A DNA stretch of 63,033 nt, filler included, from Craspedostauros australis (taxonomy: Eukaryota), in NCBI GenBank assembly GCA_030167865.1. It is 6 parts of 6 records of this genome, joined end to end, with 100 filler letters (N's around TTAATTAATTAA, not from the genome) between each part and the next. Parts side by side here need not be neighbours in the genome. Positions count along the whole stretch, not along the records: positions 46,747 to 50,135 come from JALAGF010005352.1; positions 50,236 to 51,939 come from JALAGF010005355.1; positions 52,040 to 63,033 come from JALAGF010005358.1; 3 more parts are not named here. One strand, given 5' to 3'. Below, in pieces: positions 46,747 to 59,609 of the stretch; position 1 is the stretch's first letter; the number at the start of each line of letters is the position of its first letter. A program made the position numbers and the translations under genes. A model generated the notes under the pieces. That model had not been told where the DNA came from, made no database searches, and saw nothing but the letters and a program-made list of their open reading frames with translations.

Positions 46747-49700
46747 CCAATCATCCACGAGGTGGATCCAAGACGCGAGGTGAGCTTCGAATGCTGCTTC
46801 AACGCGCACGACCTGATCGGTTCATACGGCGACGAAGCTGAGATGGACGACGAGGCCAGCGATAGCGACATCGAAGAGGCCATGAGCGATGACGACGACG
46901 ACGCCGACGAGGACGGCGCAGATGAAGACGACGAGGCGAATCGCGACGAAATGCCTCCTCCCCAAGTTGGGAGATACGAGAGAACGGGAANCTTCATCAA
47001 CCAAGGCCAAGGCGAAACGAACCGCGCAGCGGCGCCACCTCCTCCAGCGGCGGGGAANAACAGATCGGGCATCTTCGACGAGGATGACAGCGACGAATCC
47101 GAGGACGACAATCATCCAGACGACAGCTTCAATCCAAACGAGCGTGTCGTCTATCCAGCGAATATCGACTTCCCAGATATTGAGGATCCCAACAGTGTCG
47201 ACTATCTGCTCCGTCACACTGTCACACCAAACGCAACAGCAACAGCACTGACAATCCAAAAACAGCTCATCTTTGACGCCGTAATGGAAGCGGGGATGCG
47301 ACTGTTCCCAGTAACTACACGAGGAGCACTCATGCCAATATNNNNNNNNNNNNNNNNNNNNNNNNNNNNNNNNNNNNNNNNNNNNNNNNNNNNNNNNNNN
47401 NNNNNNNNNNNNNNNNNNNNNNNNNNNNNNNNNNNNNNNNNNNNNNNNNNNNNNNNNNNNNNNNNNNNNNNNTACATCCTTGGAGGATGTATGCGTGTAC
47501 TCTTGCGAGAGCGATCACGCGTGCACCCATACGATCCAGCCACAGGATCACACCGAAGCAACACGATTCCATCGGACTACGCGCAGCTATCCGATGAGAG
47601 CGACGACGGACATCACGCGAACCCATGGAACGAACATGGAGTCCACATCGACGAAGAAGACGAAGACAACTTCATGACCGATACAGCTGCAGCAGCTGTG
47701 GAGCAGCTCCACGAGCTGAGCACCAAGTACAAAGACAAGGTCAACAAGGACACCTGGCTCGCCGACAGTGGAGCTTCGTGTCACATCGTCAACTCAGACG
47801 CCGCTCTCTTCAACGTGCGGCACATCAAGTCATTCGTCCAAGTGNNNNNNNNNNNNNNNNNNNNNNNNNNNNNNNNNNNNNNNNNNNNNNNNNNATGGAA
47901 CGAATATGGAGTCCACATCGACGAAGAGGACGAAGACAACGTCATGACCGATACAGCTGCAGCAGCCGTGGAGCAGCTTCACGAGCTGAGCACCAAGCAC
48001 AAGGACAAGGTCAACAAGGACACCTGGCTCGCCGACAGTGGAGCTTCGTGTCACATCGTCAATTCAGACGCCGCTCTCTTCAACGTGCGGCACATCAAGT
48101 CATTTGTCCAAGTGGGAGACAGCACGAAGCTGGACTCTCCCAAAATGGGATCCATTCGCTTGAAGGTCAAGCAGCGAGACAACACTGGCCACNTCATCCG
48201 GCTNGATGANGTGAAGTACACACCNAAAATGGCGGTGAACCTTTTCTCCACGAACAAGGCTCTGTACAACGGTTACCAGCTTGGTAGCAACGGCATTCTG
48301 ATGGACATCATCAACGGATCCGGAACGAAGATTGTATTCGACCGAGTCTTCCCCACAGCCAACGGATTTATCACGGGAGTGCAGATGCATCCCATCATGC
48401 CAACGAACGACGACAAGGCTTGCACAGCCCTCGTTAAGAACCCATGCAAGGAGATCAGCGCAATGAACTTGCATCGAATGCTCGGCCACGCGCCACTCGA
48501 AACCATGAAGCGAACAGCTGCCAAATACGGATGGAAGATAATCGGCGAGATGCCGGTATGTCGCGACTGCGCGGTTGCGAACGCAAGAGTGAAAAACATT
48601 CCGAAGGCAACCATTCCGAGAGCAACTCGCCGCGGCGAACGACTTTTCATTGACATTAGTTACACTAAACACATAAGCTTCGGAGATAAACGCTACTGGA
48701 CCCTGATCGTGGACGACTGCACGGATCACTGCTGGAGTTTCTTTCTCAAGAACAAAAGTGATCAACCAGGATACATCAAACGATTCATGCAAACGATCAA
48801 GTCACAGACTGGTGACCAACAGATCATCTTCCGAGGTGACAACAGCGGAGAGAACAAAACCACGCAGGATATTNNNNNNNNNNNNNNNNNNNNNNNNNNN
48901 NNNNNNNNNNNNNNNNNNNNNNNNNNNNNNNNNNNNNNNNNNNNNNNNNNNNNNNNNNNNNNNNNNNNNNNNNNNNNNNNNNNNNNNNNNNNNNNNNNNN
49001 NNNNNNNNNNNNNNNNNNNNNNNNNNNNNNNNNNNNNNNNNNNNNNNNNNNNNNNNNNNNNNNNNNNNNNNNNNNNNNNNNNNNNNNNNNNNNNNNNNNC
49101 GGCAACGATCCACCATATGCGGATGCACTCCGTACATTCGGAGAGGTGGGTGTTGTGAAGACTACCTACGGCGGGATTACCGCGAAACTCAAGAATAGAG
49201 GAGAAGAGATGGTGTTCATCGGATATGCACGCCAACATGCATCAGGGGTCTACAACATGTACAGACCATCGACCAAGCCACTGATCTGTTCTTGCGACAT
49301 CAAGTGGCTCAATCAATCATACGGACAGTTCCGTGGCTGGGCACCAGCACCGAACATATCCAACGAAACAGGAACAACGGACGCAGACGGCTTCACAACC
49401 ATCGGACGGAAGGGAGCAACGCCAAGGATGGCAACGCGTCAAACATCGGAAGCGAAGAGAGTATCTTTCGCTGACAGCAACATGTACTATATCCTATCGG
49501 ACAGCGACGATGAGGATAATGAGAACGACGGAGCAGTAACTCAACTAGTCCATAACGACGAGGAAGATCGGAGCGAATCCAATCATGAGGATGACGAGAT
49601 CACACCATCCAGTGACGAAGCCGATGATGACACAGGCGTTACTCCTCCAAACACACCAGCGAGGTCTACACGTGACACACCATCCAGATCTCCACCAAAC

Positions 49701-50135
49701 AAGCCAAACAAGCGTGACATAGCTAGAAAGGAGAGGATCCGACGTCACGAAGCACGAGGCAGGAAGGGAGAAACTAATCCCACGTCAACTACAGGAAAGA
49801 GTATTCCCAGAGCTCTGCGTGAGCTCGCAGACTTCAACGAACGAGGTCGAAAGGAAGAAGGATATGAAAGCGATCCATCATCCAATGAAGACAGTGATGA
49901 ACTCAGCGACGAAATGGTCGACGACTCCAACAACGAAACTACAGATGACGAAGAAATTGCAGATGAAGGAGAGATTGAGATCACTCACTATAGCACAACA
50001 GGACTGTACGGAATGAATGCAATCATTACCGAGACACCAGCGATCGACATTGGACTGTCGATGCAGGACGAGAACAAGGAACCAGAGAAGCACATCGAAC
50101 CTACAACATTCGATGGAGCCTTCAATCATCCAGAT
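46747..50135 (+). mobile_element. Copia pol region, family A (linker, protease, GAG-pre-integrase, integrase, SH3, start of RT)
   Basis: WLADSGASCH, LHRMLGH...CRDC, LFIDIS...IVDDCTDHCWSFFLK...RGDNSGEN, KLKNRGEEMVFIGY, EPTTFDGAFNHP. The PR-IN-RT order is diagnostic of copia. Confidence 0.93.
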
Positions 50136-50235
50136 NNNNNNNNNNNNNNNNNNNNNNNNNNNNNNNNNNNNNNNNNNNNTTAATTAATTAANNNNNNNNN
50201 NNNNNNNNNNNNNNNNNNNNNNNNNNNNNNNNNNN

Positions 50236-51939
50236 AAGGAAGCAGCCGCGGCTACTGTCCTATCAGGCGCAGACGCAAGCGCAATCGACGAGACCGAAGA
50301 AGAACGGTCTGCAAGACTATATCGTAAGGAGAAGAGGATTCTCGAGACGATCAAGCAAGAGGAGACTGGTGTGACGAAGAGCATTCGCACAGCCACACAG
50401 GGTGGGAAAAGTGAGACACCACCAGGAGGAGAATTTGTGACGAAAACAATCTCCGCGCAACAACAGGCGAAAATCGAGGAATCGGCAACACAGAAACAGA
50501 CGGAAATCAAGGGCGCGAGCGCACCAACGACGAAACAACGAACCAACATGGCGACATCAGCCAACATGAACAAGCGACGCATCAAGGCGCCGATNNNNNN
50601 NNNNNNNNNNNNNNNNNNNNNNNNNNNNNNNNNNNNNNNNNNNNNNNNNNNNNNNNCACAGAAGACGAAGGACGTGATGTTAGGCAAGACCAAGGTGCCA
50701 ACGATGAAGGAGATCGCGGCAGCCGCCGATGAAGACAAGGAAGCGATGGAGGAGATCTACGAATTGGGATGCGACTGTTTCAGCGATCTGATCCTCATGA
50801 TGGATGCAGAGAAAGGAAAAGGGAAGCAGGCCATCCAGTACATCAACCAATGCATCTCCGACGACTACCCTGAAGGAGACGCACACGCAGCGTGGAAGGT
50901 TCTCGCGGAGAAATTCCGACCATCCGATGCGGTGACGAAGATCAAACTCAAGCGCCAATTCAACAACGAAAAGATGAAGAGAGACACGGACCCCGANNTT
51001 TACATCACGCAACTNGAGAGNCTACGATCGCGTCTCCACGATGTCAAGTACGAGATCACGGACGAGGAAATGATCATGCAGATTCTCAGCACGGTGAGCG
51101 TGGAATACAAAACCCACGTTGTGAACTTCCAACACCAACTCACGTTCAATCCGGAACTGGTTACCATCAACACGATCAGAGGAGTACTCCGCACTGCATA
51201 CGCTACGCACAGAGGAGGCAAAGCATACGTCGACGATTTCCAAGACAGTAACACGAAGAGCAACGACACCGGCTTCACAAGCACCGGTAACTTCAAGGGT
51301 ACTTGNNNNNNNNNNNNNNNNNNNNNNNNNNNNNNNNNNNNNNNNNNNNNNNNNNCCCGACATCTACATCACGCAACTCGAGAGTCTACGATCGCGTCTC
51401 CACGATGTCAAGTATGAGATCTCGGACGAGGAAATGATCGTGCAAATCCTCAGTACGGTGAGCAACGAATACAAAACTCACATCGTGAACTTCCAACACC
51501 AACTCACGTTCAATCCAGAACTGGTTACCATCAACACGATCAGAGGAGTACTTCGCACAGCATACGCCACGCACAGAGGAGGCAAGGCATACGTGGACGA
51601 CTTCCAAGACAGCAACACGAAGAGCAACGACACCGGCTTCACAAGCACCGGTAACTTCAAGGGTACTTGTCACAACTGTGGCGTGTATGGCCATAGATCC
51701 GCCGATTGCCCAGAACGCAAGAAATTGAACAACAAGAAAAACAACAACAACAACAACAAAATGAACGGAAAGCGCAACAAGGGAAGCGGCTTCAAGGGAA
51801 AGTGCAACTACTGCGGCATCTTCGGACATCGTGAGGCGGAGTGCCGAAAGAAGAAGTTCAACGAAAGCAAGAAGAACAACGAACAAGCCAACGCGGCTAC
51901 GGAAGGACACGACAAGAGCGGGCACGAGATGGTACTCTC
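50236..51939 (+). mobile_element. Copia gag, family A, second copy (gapped)
   Basis: Close protein match to 28824-31355, including both CCHC knuckles. Confidence 0.92.
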
Positions 51940-52039
51940 NNNNNNNNNNNNNNNNNNNNNNNNNNNNNNNNNNNNNNNNNNNNTTAATTAATTAANNNNN
52001 NNNNNNNNNNNNNNNNNNNNNNNNNNNNNNNNNNNNNNN

Positions 52040-55000
52040 TTTCCGCATCTTGAGCTCATCGGCCGTCGGAGCGACGATGCGGGATAGCAGCTTGATGACG
52101 GACATGGTCACGTGAGATGCATGCTCGAAGTTGTGGAAGGAGTTGCTCTCATTGTACAGTTGCGCGATGGCTGTGATAAAGGACCGGAGCTGCTTGGTCA
52201 CGGCAGTTGGAACTTCTACCGCCTCCCCGCCGAGCTCTTCGGTCGTCGCTTTCTCCACGTCTGGGTTGAACGGAGGGAGGTAGATGATCTCCTGGACCTC
52301 GTTGAGCGGGAACTTCATGGAGTCAATCCCAGATTGCTCCTGCTGCTCCTGCCGTTGCCGCAGTTGAAACTTCAACATGTGATCGGATGTGGAAGCCTTC
52401 TTCGTTGGAATCTTTGTCATGTGTCGACGGTACACCATGATGCGCTGCATCAGCGTCGTCATCATCTCAACATTCCAGTTGACCAACCGCATCGTCCGCT
52501 CACTCATGTCGTCATTCATCGCATCGGACGAGGCCCCACCCGTTCCTTTTGGACCGACCGAGTCAGACAGGCTGCTGTGTGTACCCACAGTTTCCGTGGC
52601 TACGCTAAGGCCGTCGGATCCCTGTTCTTGGATGCGCTTGATCCAAAATCTGTTGGGAGTAAACGTGAGCATAGGATGTGTAGAGTATCGTGGAAAAGTC
52701 GGAAAAGCAGAGAAGACGTTTGGATCAACAAAATGTGTGAGAGTGGCATGAATATGTGTATGCGTAGCAGAAGCGTTCTGGCATGCATAGCATGAGAAGA
52801 CCAATGGCGTCCGCCTTCTCCATCACACGAGCCAGCAAGGCATGGCGCAGCACATTACAGCACAACACAGCGCAACACGGCACAACAGCATCAAATATGC
52901 CATACGAGTACGTACGTTTGCATTTCCCCTTTGCCTTTGGCATGCACCAGCCCATCCCTCTTGGTAACCCAATGTCCCTTATCGCAAACAGTGAGACAGT
53001 CTGCCGTTTCTGCCGAAATGTGGATGCGGCCGATCTGGCCAGTACTCTCCATGCGCGAGGCCGTGTTCATCGTGTCTCCAAACAGCTGGAATCGAGCTCG
53101 TTCGCCGCGCAGCACACCAGCTGTCACCGGGCCCGAATGGATGCCAATGCGCAACGAGAGCTCGGCAGTGTCTGGCCCGTGAGAGATCTCCAAGTCCTTG
53201 GTCATGGCATCCATCCTGCGGAGGATGTCGTGTGCGAAGCGGACCATGACCACGGCGTGATCCTTCTTGTACTCGGGGATCCCAGTCGCTGCGACGTAGC
53301 AATCGGCTACAGTTTCAACCTTGAACACCCTGCGGGCCATTGCTAACCGGTCGAAGGACGAGAAGATAGCCTCCAGGAACGTGAATACCTGCGATGGCTC
53401 TCGGATGGAACTCCAGGCCGTGAAGCCTGCAATGTCGGCGAACATGATGCTCGTCTCCAGGAACAGATCAGCGATCGGCTGCTTGTTCAGGTCGCCGTCG
53501 TCCACGCGGCCTGCGAGGAAGTTCTTCATGTTGGCGATGCGCTTTTCCACGTCGCCATGCTCATTTGAGTCGTGTTGGATGATCCGGTCGCGGATGTTGG
53601 AGGGGATGAGACTTGAAACGAGAGCGTTGGACTGAGCCGCGCTGGCTACCAGCTTCTCGTTGCGGCGGTGCACGAACATGTCATAAATGTAGAAGATGAT
53701 CGCGACCATGAATATCACGGCTGATACGGCGCCGGCAAAGATCCTTGGAAGAGCATTGTAGAATTGGTCTTCGAATCTTCTGGAAGGGTAGGCGAACATT
53801 GTGTATTGACAATGGTTGGGAGTTGCTGCGAAGTCAGGATGATTGCTAAGTGACAGATCGATAGTGAATTCATACTTGTTATACTTCGGATCGTGAAAGT
53901 CACCTGTGCAAGTTGGGACAATGTTGAGGAGAGTAGAGCAGAGTATTGGTGTACACAGCAAGGTAGTCGGAATGGTGTGAGCGACAGTCAGCACGTGTGA
54001 ATATGTTGACGTGCACACAAGTGCGAATCGGGATACGCAGAGTTGCGCCATTTGTTCCTCTTCTGTGGCAGCACGAACATGGATTGAGCAACCCCAAGCA
54101 CAATCGCCAGGAATTGAGCTTGCAACAGAGCCAGCCAACCAATCTGCACACACTCACCTTCTCCTTGATAAAGTGCGTCGTTGCCATCAATGATGTAGGT
54201 GAACGTTTGACCACAGGTATTCTTGATGACTGCGATGATTCCCTTCATGTTAGTGGGAAGCAAGTTCCTGAGCGGCGCATCCAAGCTCACTGCGCCGCTC
54301 AGCAAACCAACAATCCTTGATGTCGGATCTGACGCATGCTGATGGACAGGATGGTACACGAAGGAATGCGGATGGTCTGTCTTTGATGCTCGGAGGCGGG
54401 AATGGTACTTAGCATGCTCTTGCTCGGTCATCACGACCTGTATTTGTTTCCTGATGTCGAATGCGCCAGTCATGAGGGTCTGGTTACGAAGATGCAAGAG
54501 CGCGTTGACGATTCTATCTGGTCTGGTGGCCATGTCTCTGTTGATCAACCCATATGTGAACGGCGGGGGGCCGAACTCCCAGGCAGGAAAACGTGAGTCA
54601 GGTCTATCAGGTGATAGGGTTGGATCGATGGCGTATACATGGGGGTTGTAGCCCACCGGCTTCAGCCTATTCGTATGACCGTACCTCTCCACGTGCCAGT
54701 CCTCGACCATCTTTTCGTAGCGCTCACTTGCGTACTTCTCCCACTCCTCTTCTTCGTCGCCTGGCTCCACTCGATGGAAGGCCCCAGCCAATTCCATCTG
54801 AGACAGCTGCAGGAAGTTGTCAACGTGGGTCTGGAAGGATGGCATGGTGATGAAGGGCCAGGTCTGATTAGTTGATTCGACATAGATAGACATGGAGTCC
54901 GCAAGTGTTTTGCAAGCCAACTGCAAGCGTCCAACATGGCCCAATGCATTGTCCTCAAGTGATTGTGTGACGCTTCGATACTATCGTAGGAGCATTCGGA

Positions 55001-55815
55001 CAGCGCAGGTGTGTAAGGCAAGCATGGTGTTGAGTCGGATCAATTGGGTGTGAGAGCATTGCTCGTACGATGGTGGACGAAGTGGCGAAGCGTAGGCAGG
55101 CAGGCATGGTAAACGATCGTCGACAGAGTATTGGTATACTACGAGTAGAGCTAACCACAGTACAAGAAGAAGAAGGTTCCCAGTCAGCTGAGCAGCGGCT
55201 TAGCAGCCAACCGGTCAAGCAAACGTTCTTGGTCAACACCGGGATGCTTATCTGGTCGACTTGTATGGTACATGCAACCACACAGCCCCAAAGCCTACAA
55301 GCCCCAAAGCCACGAAGACTCATAGTCGTAATCCCCAGCCGTACGAGCACAGCCGGTACTCACCGTGGCCTCCATGATCGAAGTTTGCTCATTGTCAAGC
55401 AGCTACGAGCATCGCCATGGTATGATACATATTGAAAGACGGGCAAGGACAAAGGGAGAAGCAACAGTCGTGAGAAAAGTATCGTGTCCGATCACCCGTT
55501 CTGCGTCGCCGGAGTATTCTGCGGTAGTTCCTCTCGCAACGTCGTGGCACTAGAGAGCAGACCGAAGTGAGAGAAGCAACGTACCATATAGGTGGTGAGG
55601 CTGACTGCCACCGCCGTGGCAAACAGCGCCCCCGTGACAATCCAGCGCCAGCATCGGACGCTCCTCGTGTCGCGTCTGGACACGTCGCGGATTTCCTGAA
55701 CCTCGTCAACCTTGGGTTCATCGTAGGAGCTGTGGAATGATGTCGCGTCCGAGCTGGGTACGTAGACGCTGCCATCCTCGATGGCGCCTGGTTTCCTGTA
55801 GTCTTCGTTGATCAT
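52040..55815 (-). CDS. Receptor-type adenylate/guanylate cyclase-phosphodiesterase fusion, 3' truncated (exons 55815-55585, 55402-55364, 54980-54158, 53903-52916, 52649-52040)
   Basis: Two TM helices around a CHASE-like region. Cyclase motifs IMFADIAGFTAWS, KVETVADCY, RFQLFGDTMNTASRMES. PDE start FHNFEHASHV. Four frame-preserving GT-AG introns. Confidence 0.9.
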
Positions 55816-57625
55816 CGTCACCTCCCTGCTCTGACCGTACTTGTGTGAGTGCTTGTCAAGAGTTGTTGTGGCAGCGAAATGATTGAGATTGTGGTTGAGA
55901 TTGTGGTTGTATTTATGACTGTGTCACTCCGCAACAGAGGAGAGGAGAGTAAAGTAGAGTAGGTCGCAGCGCAGAGTGCGCGTATCTGAACGTGTTGGCT
56001 TTGTGGATTGTGTTTGATCTTGTGGAGCCGCAACAAGTGGTTTGTGCAAGGCTTCACTTCATGTACGGATGGTGTGTCTTGGGCATGAAGTGCTTGTTCC
56101 GTACGATCTGCTCATGCAAACATTGTGAGAGAACCAGACAGAAGAAAACAGAGCACCGTTTCGCTAGTTTGTTGGACAAGGCCTTCCTGAATCATAGAGA
56201 GAGATCGCGACGCCGCTGCGAGTGCGAGACATGAGCAATTATGCTCTTCGAAGCAACTTGGGAGAGTCAAACGTGTGAACGGTTCGGTGAGTTGACGAAG
56301 CCAGCGGCTGAACGGACCACACGACTTTTATCAATGCATACACACAAACGCAAAGCGCAACATGCTCTTTGGTATCGTTTCCGCCTTCGTGCAACAAAAA
56401 CAGGAATCCTCATGTTGTTGGCACAATCGCCATGTTCCATGCGAAACAGTGATTCTTGTTCGCCTTTATCCATCATCACCAACGATCGTTCGTGAATACA
56501 AACTGAACTCACATCGTGGATACAAACAACAACACAGCCTCCTTGTGAACGAACTTCTTGTTTTCTGAGAGGTTGAACATGACAGCGACCATACCACTTT
56601 TTCTTGTTCTCAAGAAGGACCAAGATGATGCTGAGCGTTCCAAGGATGTGTCGAATGTGGTCCCGTGTGATGGTTGGGTGTCTTGCCACCTTTCCAAAGA
56701 GTTGTTCGGCACAATCGAACGATACTTCCGCCGCCTCGCCGCAGCGCGGGAGAATCCTGAAGTGTCTGTCCTCTTTAGCACGCTGACATCCCATGACGCA
56801 TCAATAGGCCTGCCAAAGAAAAGATGGGCTGCAGATACGTCGTCGCAGAGGATGCATGTGAGACATGGATACGACGTCTGTCAAGAGAAACGAATAAGCC
56901 TAAAGGTTGAGGGAAATATGATTCAAGGTGGTTAATCCAGTTGAGATTGCGACCTCGCACTGTGCGTAGACTGCATAGTAGAGTAGAGTAGAGTAGAGTA
57001 GTGCGGAGGAGCGCCAGGAAGAGCGCACCGCACAAAGTACGGTACGTACGGTCCTGAAATCTCGTCGAACAAAAACGAGACCAGCGCACCCTGATCCAGG
57101 CACATTTGTGGCTCGCAGAGCGGAGTTGAGTGCTCTGGGAGGCTTGTTTAAACCGCAGTACCAAATGCAGTACTAATTTATTAAAAGACAAAGCACATCG
57201 AGATTAGCCATCTTAGGATCAATGTGTGTGGACGGCATCACCAATCAACCAATACTTGTTGAGAATCCAGAGTAATAGTAGTATTCTAAGTTGTTGTTAG
57301 ATCGTGCTGTTTTTGAACTGAGAGATCAATCGTATTGTTTCCTCTCAACCCCAATTCAATAGCAAGCAAAATCCATAGCAGCACAACATGATCATATGCG
57401 TGCCCATGGTTGCTTTCATCTATATCATCATCTTGCTCTCTCTCTCTCTCTCTCTTGCCATCTCATGGTGCATTTCAGTAGCGTTGTTTCTCTTCTACAC
57501 TCATGCAGGACATCTTGTAGCCATGCAGGTACCTTGCCATGGGTCTCATGTCGATCGATCCCACATCATCATCAATACCTCAGTATTCCTCCCATGCTGC
57601 CACCACATTTTCTGTGATTGTCTTT

Positions 57626-59609
57626 TGTTAGGAATTGAGGGTACGACTTTGTCGTAATACCCGTGATTGCCGCACCTCCCAACATTGCTCGTCACAGCTT
57701 TGAATATTATTCGTCACATGTTCGGAGACTATTTGTCACACCTTTGTATACCATGTCATTATGACTATGACTAAGCATACGGACGCGATTGATACCTGTA
57801 TAACCGCGAGGAGGGTAGCCTGTCCTCTGGTAACGTAAGGATGACACCCATGGCGGATCAGGAGGTCCCGATACCATGCCAACCATGGCAACCATCCAGA
57901 CGACGACGTCGATCAGAACAGCATGTCCATGGGTGTTGGAAATCCGGGGTTAGGTAGTAGATTAATCTGTTATCAATCTGTACCAATTTAGAACTGTGAG
58001 AACAAACTCCTTGACTCTCCAATTCCAATTCAGCAGCAAGTGTAATCNNNNNNNNNNNACCATGATCATGCACTTGTCCATGGTTGCTTTCATCTGCTTC
58101 ATCAGCTTGCTCTCATGCTCTCTTCTGCAGATTCATCATGCATCCTCGTGGTGATTTGCATCTTCTACATTCGAGCAGCATCTCTCATAGACGCACAGGT
58201 ACCTTCAGCATGGGTCTCAGTCTGATCGATCCCACTGGACCTTCGGTTCCTCAGTATTCCTCCTGCGCCATCATCACATACTCACCGGTCATGTTCATTC
58301 CATGTCGCGTCGTCAATCGTGNNNNNNNNNNNNNNNNNNNNNNNNNNNNNNNNNNNNNNNNNNNNNNNNNNCAATCTGTACCAATTTAGAACTGTGAGAA
58401 CAAACTCCTTGACTCTCCAATTCCAATTCAGCAGCAAGTGTAATCTGTAGCAGTTTACCATGATCATGCACTTGTCCATGGTTGCTTTCATCTGCTTCAT
58501 CAGCTTGCTCTCATGCTCTCTTCTGCAGATTCATCATGCATCCTCGTGGTGATTTGCATCTTCTACATTCGAGCAGCATCTCTCATAGACGCACAGGTAC
58601 CTTCAGCATGGGTCTCAGTCTGATCGATCCCACTNGACCTTCGGTTCCTCAGTANTCCTCCTGCGCCATCATCACATACTCACCGGTCATGTTCNTTCCA
58701 TGTCGCGTCGTCAATCGTGCTCTTGAGCGGATAGGGGCATCGCTTCCGTTTCTCTTTCTCAGAGAAGCGATCCCTTGTCCGTCGATGTGCGTCGACATGT
58801 CTGACACATATCGACAGTTTTGTCCATAGTCTTGGCTCATGTGCGAATACATCCCTAGAGGTCGATCCATAGGTTCGCCCTCATTACAGCGGTGGTACAT
58901 GGATAGGNNNNNNNNNNNNNNNNNNNNNNNNNNNNNNNNNNNNNNNNNNNNNNNNNNNNNNNNNNNNNNNNNNNNNNNNNNNNNNNNNNNNNNNNNNNNN
59001 NNNNNNNNNNNNNNNNNNNNNNNNNNNNNNNNNNNNNNNNNNNNNNNNNNNNNNNNNNNNNNNNNNNNNNNNNNNNNNNNNGACCTCGTCGAGTTGTGAA
59101 GATATTATTGGGAGGTGCGGCAATCATGGGTATCTTAGTAAAAGCGTACCCCCGATTCCTGACACATGGGCAAATGACGCACCTTCTTCAGAGGACAACA
59201 CACGCCCCTCCTGCGGACAAGAACATCCGCAGGTTTGGAACATCAGAAAGGATCAGAACATCCACAGGTTTGGAACATCACCAAAGGTGACATCGGCTAT
59301 GAGACGATGGTGTCATGAGGATCAACNNNNNNNNNNNNNNNNNNNNNNNNGCTCAGGACTGCAGATCCCTACCATGCAAACGTAGACAGCTACGACAGTG
59401 CAGAGACAAGGAAGCAAGAACAGAGCATGATGAATAAAGGGGGAAGCACCTAAGAGACAACAGGACGCCCCGTGTCGTTACCGCGACAGATGCCTGCCAA
59501 GAAAACGAAAACGGAAGAGAAAGTGAGATTGTGCTCACAGTTCTAAAACGGTACAGTTTCTAACAGCAGATTAGAATTTAGTACTAACTATAACCCCGGA
59601 TTTCCAACA
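57626..59609 (+). mobile_element. Middle family B solo LTR with 6-bp TSD GTCTTT
   Basis: TGTTAGGAATTGAGGGTACGAC...CCCCGGATTTCCAACA. GTCTTT at 57620-25 and 59610-15. Confidence 0.88.
57934..59164 (-). mobile_element. Inner family B solo LTR with 6-bp TSD CATGGG
   Basis: Minus strand TGTCAGGAATCGGGGGTACG...CCCCGGATTTCCAACA. CATGGG at 57928-33 and 59165-70. Confidence 0.88.

Noticed and set aside
47625..48115. Duplicated protease segment (similar duplications at 30620-30765, 46097-46275, 50990-51670, 57973-58720)
   Set aside because: Each repeat straddles an N gap, consistent with unmerged overlaps or collapsed copies.
28160..51995. Recurrent TTAATTAATTAA as a biological motif or piggyBac site
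   Set aside because: Always centred in a fixed 100-nt N spacer, so it is an assembly linker.
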